Shown piece by piece: positions 53,087-62,400 of a stretch of DNA of 64,000 nt. The DNA comes from an uncultured Myxococcales bacterium. GTDB lineage: Bacteria > Myxococcota_A > UBA9042. A program made the translations under genes and the position numbers. Each line of letters begins with the position of its first letter. Positions within the stretch are counted from its first letter, which is position 1. The notes under the pieces are model-generated. The model was not told where the DNA came from and did no database searches. It worked only from the letters and a program-made list of their open reading frames with translations. The stretch is from assembly GCA_937910235.1 (NCBI GenBank), contig CALENB010000101.1, forward strand, positions 2,098-66,097, written 5' to 3'.

Positions 53087-53994
53087 CTCGCGCCTTCCTG
53101 CAGAAAGGACCGCAAGTCCGCCGTGGAGGCCGCCGCCGCTTCGATCATGGGGAAGTGTCCGCAGCGCGGGTAGAACTTCAGCCGCGCTTGGGGCAGGTCG
53201 GACGCGAGACGCCGGGCAAATCGCGGCATCGAGATGCGGTCATCCCGCCCCCAGAGCAGCAGCACGGGCTTCTGGATGCGGCGATAGGCGGGCTGCATCT
53301 CGGCGAAATGCTGACCCCGCACCGCCGCCAGCGCCGCCGCCCGGGTGCCTGGTCGCTTGAGGGCGAGCTGCAGCTCATCGACAAACGCCTCGGTGAGAAT
53401 GGATGGATCAAAGAAGCCCGTCGCCAGCCGCTCCTCCGCGCGTTCGGTGTAAAAGAGCCGAAAAATCGCCTCGCCGAGGCCACCCACGGCGGCCCAACGG
53501 AAGAACGCTGGGATCTGGTCGTCGTAGACCCAAGCGTCATACAGCGCCACGCGCTCGACCCGATCCGGGGCAGCGATCGCCAACGCCAGCGCCACCGAGG
53601 ACCCCCAGGAGTGGGCGACGACGGCGAAGCGCTTCACGCCCCTGGCATCGAGCAGCTTGAGCACCAAGCGCGCCTGCGCCTGGGGGCTGTAATCACCCGC
53701 TGGCCGGTCGCTCCAACCAAACCCCTTGAGATCCAATGACAGCACGCGGTGGGTGCCGCGCAAGGCCTCGTCGACCCCAACCCAGGTCTCGAGCGCCGAG
53801 GCGAAGCCGTGAAGCAGCACCACCGCCGGTCCCTGCCCGCGGTCGGTGTACCGCACACGCACGCCGTCGATGCGCTGCCAAGCCGCGTTCTTCGGCTCGC
53901 CGCGCATGGCGCCCTGATGAAAGGACAAGCAACCGCTCGCCGACAGCGTCAGCAGGCCCAGCAGCGCGACTATGGGGTACGCGTGACGCTTCAC
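53083..53994 (-). CDS. Secreted alpha/beta-fold hydrolase lipoprotein
   Basis: A GTG start gives a lipoprotein signal (VKRHAYPIVALLGLLTLSASGC). HGF oxyanion motif (VVLLHGFAS) and nucleophile elbow AHSWGS. The GTGA overlap with the upstream gene stop suggests translational coupling. Confidence 0.65.
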   Translation of the reverse strand: MKRHAYPIVALLGLLTLSASGCLSFHQGAMRGEPKNAAWQRIDGVRVRYTDRGQGPAVVLLHGFASALETWVGVDEALRGTHRVLSLDLKGFGWSDRPAGDYSPQAQARLVLKLLDARGVKRFAVVAHSWGSSVALALAIAAPDRVERVALYDAWVYDDQIPAFFRWAAVGGLGEAIFRLFYTERAEERLATGFFDPSILTEAFVDELQLALKRPGTRAAALAAVRGQHFAEMQPAYRRIQKPVLLLWGRDDRISMPRFARRLASDLPQARLKFYPRCGHFPMIEAAAASTADLRSFLQEGAR

Positions 53995-55043
53995 GGCGTG
54001 AGCCTGCGCAGCTCGGAGGCGGTCTCGAACTCGTCGCTCGTCTCGCCGTCTTTGGACCGCGCGGCGGCGACCGTGCCGAAACACTCGGTGGCGAAGAGGA
54101 ACGAACGCACGGTGGTGGTCAGCAGGCCAATCTGGCGGGTCAGCAGGGTCCGCACACGCAGCGCCGGGAAGTCGCCGAAGGGGGTCTTCACGGTGCCCGA
54201 GGCGTCCACCTCGCTGCCGTAGCTCTCGCTGTAGATCACGATCACGCCCTTGGCGAGGCCACTCACCGACGCCTTAACCTGCCATTTGGCCCCGATCTTC
54301 AGGGGAAAAGCCAGCAGCGGCACGGGTGGGTCGTACACCAAGCGCGTCGCGAACAAGCTGTTGTCCTTCGACACCACGCCGCGCAGGAGCAGGGCCTTAC
54401 CGTTGGCCTCGAACACCCCGAGCAGATCGCCTGAGGGAGCCATCGGCGCGGCATAACTGGCGCCGGGATAGTAGCTAGAAAACCAGAGGTCTTTGACAGG
54501 CAGGGTCTTGACCAGCACGTCTTGGTCGCCAGTCATCTTGCCCGAGAAGTCCCACACCCGCTGGCCCCCGGCGACGATCTCGCCCTTCAAGTCGACGGCG
54601 GTGTTCTCGGCCACCCGGAAGGTCGCGGCCAGGTTGGGGCCATAGGGCGCCTCGGAGGCTGTGATGGTGCCGTCGTGGTTCGGTTTGCACGCGCCAGCCT
54701 GGCCGCCAGTGTCACTCACACCGACATCGGCGGTTGGGAGGCTCGTGTCAGCAGCCGAGCCGGAGCCGTCGGACCCGGAGGCGACGGCGCCATCCTGCCC
54801 CGACGCGGCCCCGTCGCCGGTCTCCCAGCGGGTCGGGAAGCTGCCGTCCGCGGCGTCCGCGACCGACGCCGGCGCGCACGTGCCGTTGGATTGGCAGATG
54901 CTCGACGCACAGTCAGCGTTGACGTTACAGGACGCGATCGCCGTCTCGGCGCCGCAGGCCACGCCGACGACCACGCTCAGCGCGCACGCCGCGGTCACGC
55001 GAAGCCGCCGGAGGGCGGTCGCGCGCGGTGCGCTCATCTTCAT
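53991..55043 (-). CDS. Lipoprotein, paralog of 50550-51473, C-terminal DEFETASELRRL tail
   Basis: Signal MKMSAPRATALRRLRVTAACALSVVVGVACG with a Cys-rich N-terminal segment, then a domain that aligns with the other paralog. Confidence 0.55.
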   Translation of the reverse strand: MKMSAPRATALRRLRVTAACALSVVVGVACGAETAIASCNVNADCASSICQSNGTCAPASVADAADGSFPTRWETGDGAASGQDGAVASGSDGSGSAADTSLPTADVGVSDTGGQAGACKPNHDGTITASEAPYGPNLAATFRVAENTAVDLKGEIVAGGQRVWDFSGKMTGDQDVLVKTLPVKDLWFSSYYPGASYAAPMAPSGDLLGVFEANGKALLLRGVVSKDNSLFATRLVYDPPVPLLAFPLKIGAKWQVKASVSGLAKGVIVIYSESYGSEVDASGTVKTPFGDFPALRVRTLLTRQIGLLTTTVRSFLFATECFGTVAAARSKDGETSDEFETASELRRLTP

Positions 55044-55138
55044 CTTGTTCCAGGCCAACCTCATGTCGCCTCCCTCTCTGCCTGAGTGCGGCTCGCGAGC
55101 CGTGACGCGCCGCTCTTGCCTGGGCGCGGTGCCGATCG

Positions 55139-56437
55139 CTAGCTTGCGGAGGCAGCGTCGCTCGTCACCGGGCCGGTCACGGCGGCGCTGGCTGGATCCA
55201 TCGCTGCGGCCCCGACACGCGCGCGGCTGCCGGTCTCCATCAGCCCCATCGCCGGCACGACGATGAGCAGGTGCGCAAACGCCAACAGCCCGAGCGCCGC
55301 GCTGAAGCCGCCCGCGCCTGCGACCGCGCCCGTGGCCACTGGCAGCAGGAAGCCGCCGAGCTGGCCGACAAGCAGCAGCAGACCGAGCGCCGCGCCGGCT
55401 CGACTGACGCCAACGCCGGGGAGCTCGAGCGGCAAGGTGAGGACCAAGGGCGCAAAACAACCGCCGCCGATCGCGGCTACCGCCAACCACAGCCCCGGAG
55501 ATCCGGGCACGATCGCCATGATACCGAGGGCCGCCGCCGCGAGCATCGCGCCGCCAATGATGAAGGGACGCCGCAGGCCGACCTTGTCCGAGAGCCACGC
55601 GCCGCCCAGGTTCGCGACCCCCGCCACGCCAAGCCACGACGCCACCGCGACGCCTACTTCGGACGCGCTCATGCCCGCGTCGGTGAGCAAGCGCGGCAGC
55701 GAGCCGAGCAGCGCGAGGTAGCCACCAAAGAGCAGCAGCTGAATGCCCGCGACCCGCATCAGTTGGGCGTTCTTGGCCAACTTCAACACATCGGCGAGCC
55801 CTGCATGTCGCGAGAGCGCCGCCCGGTCGCGCACGAGCCACAGCCACAGCAGCCCGGTCAGCACCATCGCCACACCGGCGGCCACCATCGCCATCCGCCA
55901 GCCTCCCAGCATCGGCGCGAGCCAGGTCCGCGCCACCAACACCGTGATGGCGGTGCCAAAGGTGTAGCAGATGAGCGCGATGCCGTTGGCGCGACCCAAG
56001 TTCTGCAGCGGGACGTGGGAAGCCAAGATCTTCGGGATGGCGGGGGCCACAAATCCGACGTGCAAACCAAATCCCAACATGGCGATCGCCATCGTCCACG
56101 GCCCGGTAGCGAGGGCGCGGGAGGCGCAGGCCAACGCCCCTACCATGATCGCGAGCCCGGCGACCCAGCGCGCACCCCAGCGGTCCACGGCCGCGCCGCC
56201 CATGGGCGCCGCCACGGCGATCCCAAACGGCGCCGCGCCCCAAACCACCCCACCCATCGCATGCGAGATCGACAGATCGGCGGCGATGTCGGGCATCAGT
56301 GGCGGCAACAGCGACCACCCCAAACCACCGCCAACACCCTGCATGGCGCCAGCGAGCGCAGTGACCAGCACCGGCCGCGCAGGAGCGCCCTGGAGCACGT
56401 CCTGTATCCCGCTCTCGATCTTCGCTTGCACCGTCAT
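55139..56437 (-). CDS. MFS transporter
   Basis: 12-TM layout with Gly-rich helices. Start chosen at MTVQAKIES; the ORF is open to 56536. It is the first gene of the 5-gene operon and is divergent from phaR. Confidence 0.65.
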   Translation of the reverse strand: MTVQAKIESGIQDVLQGAPARPVLVTALAGAMQGVGGGLGWSLLPPLMPDIAADLSISHAMGGVVWGAAPFGIAVAAPMGGAAVDRWGARWVAGLAIMVGALACASRALATGPWTMAIAMLGFGLHVGFVAPAIPKILASHVPLQNLGRANGIALICYTFGTAITVLVARTWLAPMLGGWRMAMVAAGVAMVLTGLLWLWLVRDRAALSRHAGLADVLKLAKNAQLMRVAGIQLLLFGGYLALLGSLPRLLTDAGMSASEVGVAVASWLGVAGVANLGGAWLSDKVGLRRPFIIGGAMLAAAALGIMAIVPGSPGLWLAVAAIGGGCFAPLVLTLPLELPGVGVSRAGAALGLLLLVGQLGGFLLPVATGAVAGAGGFSAALGLLAFAHLLIVVPAMGLMETGSRARVGAAAMDPASAAVTGPVTSDAASAS

Positions 56438-56620
56438 CGTCGCTCTCCTCGCTGGCCTCGCCGCGCCCTGAACTGCCTCGCCGCGCCCCGAGCGGCCGCG
56501 AGAGGCTACGGTCACCCGGCTGTGTGGGCGCGCCACCGCGTCGCGGATGCGCCACAGCGGCCGGGCGAGTGGGAAGCGAGCAAAAGCTAGGGGCTCGCGG
56601 GGCTCGCGTCAAGCGCTATT

Positions 56621-56635
56621 TTGTGCGCTGCACAA
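56621..56635. promoter_or_regulatory. Predicted PhaR operator copy C: perfect palindrome TTGTGCGCTGCACAA upstream of phaR, divergent from the MFS operon
   Basis: Perfect inverted repeat. A second palindrome GTGCTGCATTCAGCAC lies at 56646-56661. Confidence 0.5.
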
Positions 56636-56939
56636 TACCGCTTTGCGTGCTGCATTCAGCACCAAGTCATCAGGCTGGTCGCGAGCTAAAGGTTCGTGTA
56701 GGCTGGCTTTCGCGGCGTAAATGGTGCGTAGTTTGCGGTGTTCTCCAGACAGAATTCACGCCCAGTCAGACACGACCCGAGACGGAAAACGGCATTGGAT
56801 GCTGCAGACGCGGTGCTGCGACGCTGCGGCGCAACAGTCCGGCGCTCCACCGGCAGAGACCCCCGCTTCAAGATCCACAACGACGACGACACGACGAGAC
56901 ACACCGCACCAACCCGCTGCAGCCAACCAGGGAACCGAC

Positions 56940-57764
56940 ATGATCACCATCAAGAAGTACAGCAATCGTCGTCTCTACGACACCGACCGCAGCAGCTACA
57001 TCACCTTGGAGGACCTCGCCGAGCGCATCTGCAAAGGCGATGACGTGCGGGTGGTCGACGCGTCCACCGGCCGCGACCTGACTCAGGCGACGCTGGTGCA
57101 GATCGTGCTTGAGAGCCGGGGCGCTGCGCGCTTTCTCCCCGCGCCGCTGCTGGTCGCCATGATCCGCATGGGGGATGACGCCCTGGCCGAGTTCCTCGGT
57201 CGCTACATGAGCTGGGCGCTGCAGGTGTACTCGGGTGTGCGGAGTCAGGCGCGCACCATGATAGGCGCTTTTGGGCCGGGTTCATTCATGAACGGCGGCC
57301 CCTTCACGGGCTTCATGGGGGGCACACCATGGCAGGGAGGCGCCGGCGGCCACGGTGGGGCGGGATGGGGTCAAGGTCCGCAGGGCTGGAGCCCACACGG
57401 CGCGGGTGCACAGGGCGGGCAGGGTTGGGCCGCGCAAGGTCAGCCGATGCCTTGGGGGGCGCCCGGTTGGCCCCTTCCGCCACAGCCCGAGCCGCCGCGG
57501 TCTGAGGCCTCGTGGTCGCCGCCGTCGGCGTCCGATGTCCCGCCGCCGGAACCCGTGTCGGCGGCCCAGGCAGCCTCATCCACGCCAGGGTCATCCACGG
57601 CAGGGTCATCCACGGCAGGGTCATCCACGCCAGGGTCATCCACGCCGGCGTCATCCCCTGAAGCCACCGCTCCCGACCCGGCCCGCTCCGAGCTTGCTGC
57701 GCTGCGGCGAGAGTTGGATGAGCTTCGGGATTCATTGAAGGCAGGTGCTCGTTCAAAGAAGTAA
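56940..57764 (+). CDS. phaR: PHA synthesis repressor PhaR (PHB_acc_N DNA-binding domain) with Ser/Thr/Gly-rich C-terminal repeat tail
   Basis: N-terminal MITIKKYSNRRLYDTDRSSYITLEDL signature. The ORF is open from 56721 but the conserved domain starts at 56940. Confidence 0.85.
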   Translation: MITIKKYSNRRLYDTDRSSYITLEDLAERICKGDDVRVVDASTGRDLTQATLVQIVLESRGAARFLPAPLLVAMIRMGDDALAEFLGRYMSWALQVYSGVRSQARTMIGAFGPGSFMNGGPFTGFMGGTPWQGGAGGHGGAGWGQGPQGWSPHGAGAQGGQGWAAQGQPMPWGAPGWPLPPQPEPPRSEASWSPPSASDVPPPEPVSAAQAASSTPGSSTAGSSTAGSSTPGSSTPASSPEATAPDPARSELAALRRELDELRDSLKAGARSKK

Positions 57765-57782
57765 AATTCGTGCCGGCCAAAT

Positions 57783-57798
57783 TTGTGCGGTGCAACAA
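57783..57798. promoter_or_regulatory. Predicted PhaR operator copy D: TTGTGCGGTGCAACAA, immediately upstream of a TTGACG-N17-TAGGTT promoter
   Basis: Same motif and the same operator-then-(-35) arrangement as copy A. It is upstream of the phaE-like/phaC operon. Confidence 0.5.
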
Positions 57799-57923
57799 AA
57801 AACCGCTTGACGCGTGCTGCTCCCGCTCTTAGGTTGCGTGAGCCGACGCCGCAATGGAGCGGCGACCGCAGCCAGCCCAGCATACCAACGACAAGCGCTA
57901 GGGCGGAGAGAGGGACACGACAC

Positions 57924-58367
57924 ATGGCCAACAAGACCGAGACCGGCGCGACGGACACCGCAAACAACACCACGTCGACGAGCGACGCTCCGCAACCGCA
58001 GCAGACCGCCCCCACCTGGCCGGATTGGCGCGCCTTCACTTGGCCGCAGCAGGGCGAGGCGCCGCAGATGTTTCAGATGCCGCAGATGTTCCAGATGCCG
58101 CAGATGCCCGAGATGCCGGGCCACGAGCTGTGGAGCAAGGCGGTTGCTGACAACGTCGCACGCATGGAAGGCCTCGTCGGCGCGCTGCAAGCGCAGTCGC
58201 AGCGCCAGTCGGAGCAGGCTGAGAAGGCCATCGACGAGCTGGCGCGGCTCACCAAGGCCAGTCTCGGTTACGGCCTGGAGCTGCAGGCCCGTGCGCACGG
58301 CATGTTCATGGACAACGCGCGCAAGGCGTCGGCGGCGGCCGCCACCAGCAAGGGCGTGGTGGCCTGA
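57924..58367 (+). CDS. Small PHA synthase partner subunit (PhaE/PhaR-subunit-like) with MFQMPQ repeat and coiled coil
   Basis: 147 aa with a W-rich N-terminus (TWPDWRAFTWP). It is translationally coupled to phaC (TGATG overlap). Confidence 0.45.
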   Translation: MANKTETGATDTANNTTSTSDAPQPQQTAPTWPDWRAFTWPQQGEAPQMFQMPQMFQMPQMPEMPGHELWSKAVADNVARMEGLVGALQAQSQRQSEQAEKAIDELARLTKASLGYGLELQARAHGMFMDNARKASAAAATSKGVVA

Positions 58368-59446
58368 TGTTCGGGCTGAATCTGCGTGAGGGGGCTGCGC
58401 CCTACGACGTCACCATGCGCGACGGCAACAGTCGCCTGCTCCGTTTTCGGACCACGGCCACTGGCGCGGGGCGACCGATTCTGCTTGTGCCGTCGATGAT
58501 CAATCGTTGGTACGTGCTCGATCTCGGCCCCGGCGCCAGCCTCGTCGCCGCGCTGGTGGAGGCGGGCCATGACGTCTGGTGTCTCGACTGGGGTGTGCCT
58601 GGAGACGAAGATCGACATCTGGACTGGGAGGCGGTGACCGCGCGGCTGCAGCGGACGGTGCGCTTTGTGCGGCGGCGTACCGGCGGCGACCCGGTGGGTC
58701 TACTGGGCTACTGCATGGGTGGGACGCTAGCCGCGATTCACACAGCGCTGCATCCGGAGGACGTGGCAGGGCTCGTCAATCTCGCCGGCCCGATCGATTT
58801 TGCCAAGGCCGGCGTGCTGGCGCACTTCGTCGATCCGCAGTGGTTTGATGCCGAAGCCATCGTGCAGGCCGGCAACCTAAGCCCAAAGCAAATGCAGGAC
58901 GGGTTCACCGCGATCTCACCGAGCAAGCAGATCGCCAAGTGGATCATGCTGGCCGACCGCGTGATCAGCGCGACGGATGCCGACGCACGCACAAAGGGCA
59001 TCGGGAGCTTCGCCCGCCTTAACGGGTGGGCGTCGGACAACATCCCGTTCCCGGCCGCCGCGTACACGACGTGGATTCGCGACCTCTACCAGCGCAACGA
59101 CCTAGCGCAGCGGCGCCACCACGTGGGCGGACGGCGGGTGGAGCTTGGCCAGATTGGCTGCCCAGTGCTCGTCATCAGCGCCGCCAACGACGCCATCTGT
59201 CCACCCGAGTCGGCCACGGCGTTGCTTGATCAGGTCGCGTCCACCGACAAGCGTCACGTCCAAGTGCCCGGTGGCCATGTCGGGGCTGTGGTTGGTCGAC
59301 GGGCGGCCAAGCTGCTGTACCCCGCCATCTCGGCGTTCTTCGAAGAGGCGGCACCGTCACGTGCCCCTAGCGCTTATTCGGGGTCACACGACGCACCCGA
59401 CCCTGTCGGCGTGCCATGGTCTGCCGCACACCGCCCGAGCTGTTGA
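58367..59446 (+). CDS. phaC: PHA synthase catalytic subunit, class III/IV type
   Basis: Collinear with class III PhaC (ILLVPSMINRWYVLDL, GHDVWCLDWG, GYCMGG lipase box, ASDNIPFP...IRDLYQRN, active-site His region GGHVG). Confidence 0.8.
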   Translation: MFGLNLREGAAPYDVTMRDGNSRLLRFRTTATGAGRPILLVPSMINRWYVLDLGPGASLVAALVEAGHDVWCLDWGVPGDEDRHLDWEAVTARLQRTVRFVRRRTGGDPVGLLGYCMGGTLAAIHTALHPEDVAGLVNLAGPIDFAKAGVLAHFVDPQWFDAEAIVQAGNLSPKQMQDGFTAISPSKQIAKWIMLADRVISATDADARTKGIGSFARLNGWASDNIPFPAAAYTTWIRDLYQRNDLAQRRHHVGGRRVELGQIGCPVLVISAANDAICPPESATALLDQVASTDKRHVQVPGGHVGAVVGRRAAKLLYPAISAFFEEAAPSRAPSAYSGSHDAPDPVGVPWSAAHRPSC

Positions 59447-62400
59447 CCCTGGGATCGACCACTTCAGCGACCACATCCAAGATCGCCCCGATCTCCCCGC
59501 GCGCGACCTTGAGCAAGTGCTGCAGAATCTCGCGGGTACTCACCAACGGATCGTCGCGCTCGTCGGAGCGCAGGCTGCGCACCAGCACCATCTCGGGCGT
59601 CAGGCGGTACAGCGAGCCACGCTGATTGACCATCGGCAGCAGCTGCTCCCCCTGCAACAAACCCTGAGGATGCAGGGTAAAAGCGACGGCGGCGGGGCCC
59701 TGCTCCACCTTCGACACACCGAGCTCGATGGCCAGCACCCGCAGCTCCAGCGTCGCGATCAGGGCGAGCGCCACCGGTGGCATGCGACCAAAACGATCCA
59801 CCAGACTGTCCGCCTGGTGCTGCAGCTCGTCGGGCGTTCGCACCGCGGCGAGCCGCTTGTAGGCCATCAACCGCTGGCTCGGATCGGGCACCCACGTGTC
59901 GGGCAGGTACGCCGTCACGCTGACCTTGATCTCAGGATCAACCGGCGCGCCCAGCTCGTCGCTGCGCAGCTCACGCACGGCCTCCTCGAGCATCTTGACG
60001 TAGAGATCGTAACCCACCTCCGCGATGTGCCCCGATTGCTTCTCGCCGAGGATGTTGCCCGCGCCACGAATCTCCAGGTCATGCGTGGCGATGTGCACAC
60101 CCGATCCCAGCTCGCTGAAGCGCTCCAGCACCGCCACTCGTTTTGCGCCATCCGCCGTCAGAATCGACCGCTCCGGCACCATCAGGTAGCAGTACGCGCG
60201 CTGCGAGGACCGCCCCACCCGGCCGCGAAGTTGGTAGAGCTGGGCGAGACCGAAAGTGTCGGCGCGCTCGATGAACATGGTGTTTGCGTTCGGAATATCG
60301 AGGCCACTCTCCACGATCGTCGTCGCGACCAGGACGTTGTAGTCGCCGCGCATGAACCCGAGCATCGCCTCTTCGAGCTCCACCTCATTCATCTGACCAT
60401 GCGCCGTGACCGGCCGAACGCCAGGCACCAACTCCTTGAGGTGCTCCGCGATCGCCGCGAGCTCTTTGACCCGATTGCGGATGAAGAAGATCTGCCCACC
60501 CCGCGCCAACTCACGCTCCACGGCGTCTTTGATCAGGTCATCGCTGCCGCGACACACGATCGTGCGCACGGCTTTGCGGTTCTCTGGCGGCGTGGCGATC
60601 AGGCTCAGGTCACGCAGGCCCAGCGTCGCCATCTGCAGGGTCCGCGGGATCGGCGTGGCGGTCAGCACGATGCAATCCACCGTCGCCCGCCAGCGCTGCA
60701 TCTGCTCTTTGTGTTTGACCCCGAAACGATGCTCCTCGTCGATGATCAGCAGCCCCAGGTCCCGAAATTCAACGTCTTTGCTCAACAGCCGATGGGTACC
60801 GATGACGATGTCGAGCTGCCCCTTCGCCAGCCGATCGATGACGTCGTCTTGCTCGATCTTGGTCCGAAACCGCGACAAGCTGTCGATGTTGATCGGGAGG
60901 CCCTGGCAGCGCTTCTCAAAGGTCAGGCGATGTTGCTCCGCCAGCACGGTCGTCGGCACCAGCAGCACGACCTGCTTGCCGTCGAGCGCGACCTTGACCG
61001 CGGCGCGGATCGCGACCTCGGTCTTGCCATAGCCGACGTCGCCACACACCAAGCGCCAGGCCGGCCGCGCGGTGCAGAGATCATCGAGACAATCGTCGAT
61101 GGCGCGCTGCTGGTCGGGCGTCTCCGAGAACGGGAACGTGGCCTCCCACTCCCGATAGAACTCATCCGGCGGGCTGAAGGCGTACCCTGGCAAGGCGTGA
61201 CGCTCGGCATACAGCCGCACCAGCTCCGCGGCGATCTCCGCGGCTGCCTTGCGCGCCTTGCCCTTGATCCGCAGCCAGCGCTCAGTACCCAGGCGGTCGA
61301 GCCCCGGCGATTTTGCGTCGCCACCGGCGTACTTCTGCACCCGATCGAGGCTCGTGACGGGCACGTAGACCTTCTCGTTGCCCTTGTACAGCAGCAGCAG
61401 ATAGTCCTGCTCGATACCCGCGGCCTCCATACGGACCATACGCACATAGCGACCGACGCCGTGGTCGACGTGGACGACAAAATCGCCCTCGCCGAGCTCA
61501 CTGACCTCCCGGATGATCCGGCCCGCCGACGCCTGCTTGTCCTTGTGCTTGCGACGACGACGCGCGACGCGACCCTTGCTGCCAAAGATCTCCTCTTCGT
61601 CGATCACCATCAGATGCAGGGCGTCGATGTGGAAACCCTGACCGCTGCCGCCGAGCACCAGCAGCGCGCCAAGCTCCGAGTTGCCGCGCAGCTCCGCCAT
61701 TTTTGCCGGCACGAGGGGTTCGTCGAAGATCCAGGTGGCGACGCCATAGTGCTGCAAGATCTGCTCAAGGCGCTGCCGACCGCCCTCGCTGTGGGCGGTG
61801 ATCACGACGAGCGTGCCGACCTTGCGGGCTTCGCGAATCCGGCGCGCGAGGGGACGCAGGCCTTGTTCGTCGCGCCGCGCTTGCTCGATCTCCCGGGTCA
61901 CCTCGGCGTTGCTGCCGACGTCCAGCGTGAAGCTCTGCGCCGCGTTGGGACCCTGGCTGTCTTCGGCAAAGACGACCGGCCGCACCAGCAGCTTCACCAT
62001 CTTGGCGAGGCGCTCACGCACGACCTTCGGCGACACATAGAGCTTTGAGGGCTGAAACGCGGGCCGTTCGGCGGCGCGGGCCTCTCGGTAGTGGCCCTGC
62101 GCGGTCTTCCACGCCGCGTCCATGGCGGCCATGCAAGCGTCGGGCCCCTCGAGCACGACGACGGGGCCCTCACGACCGCTCGGGACCAGATCAAGCAGCG
62201 GCGCGAGGCCCGGCGCCACGGCGGGCAACAGCGCCTCCAGGCCAGGCAGCAGATGCCCCGCCTCCAGCTCTTCGGTGAGGGCACGAAGCTCGATGTTGCC
62301 GATGCCTTGGGCGTTGGCGAGATCTGTGACGCGATCGAGGATCGTCGCCATCCGGTCGGGGCTCAAGATCAGCTCGCGCGCTGGCGGCATGATCAGGTCG

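Noticed and set aside
57355-57738. 127-aa ORF with RQGHP repeats
   Set aside because: It is an alternative-frame reading of the 15-bp tandem repeats inside phaR.
59145-62048. 967-aa ORF on the plus strand
   Set aside because: It is fully antisense to the well-supported mfd gene. The translation is low-complexity and Arg/Gly/Asp-rich, typical of spurious antisense ORFs in high-GC DNA.
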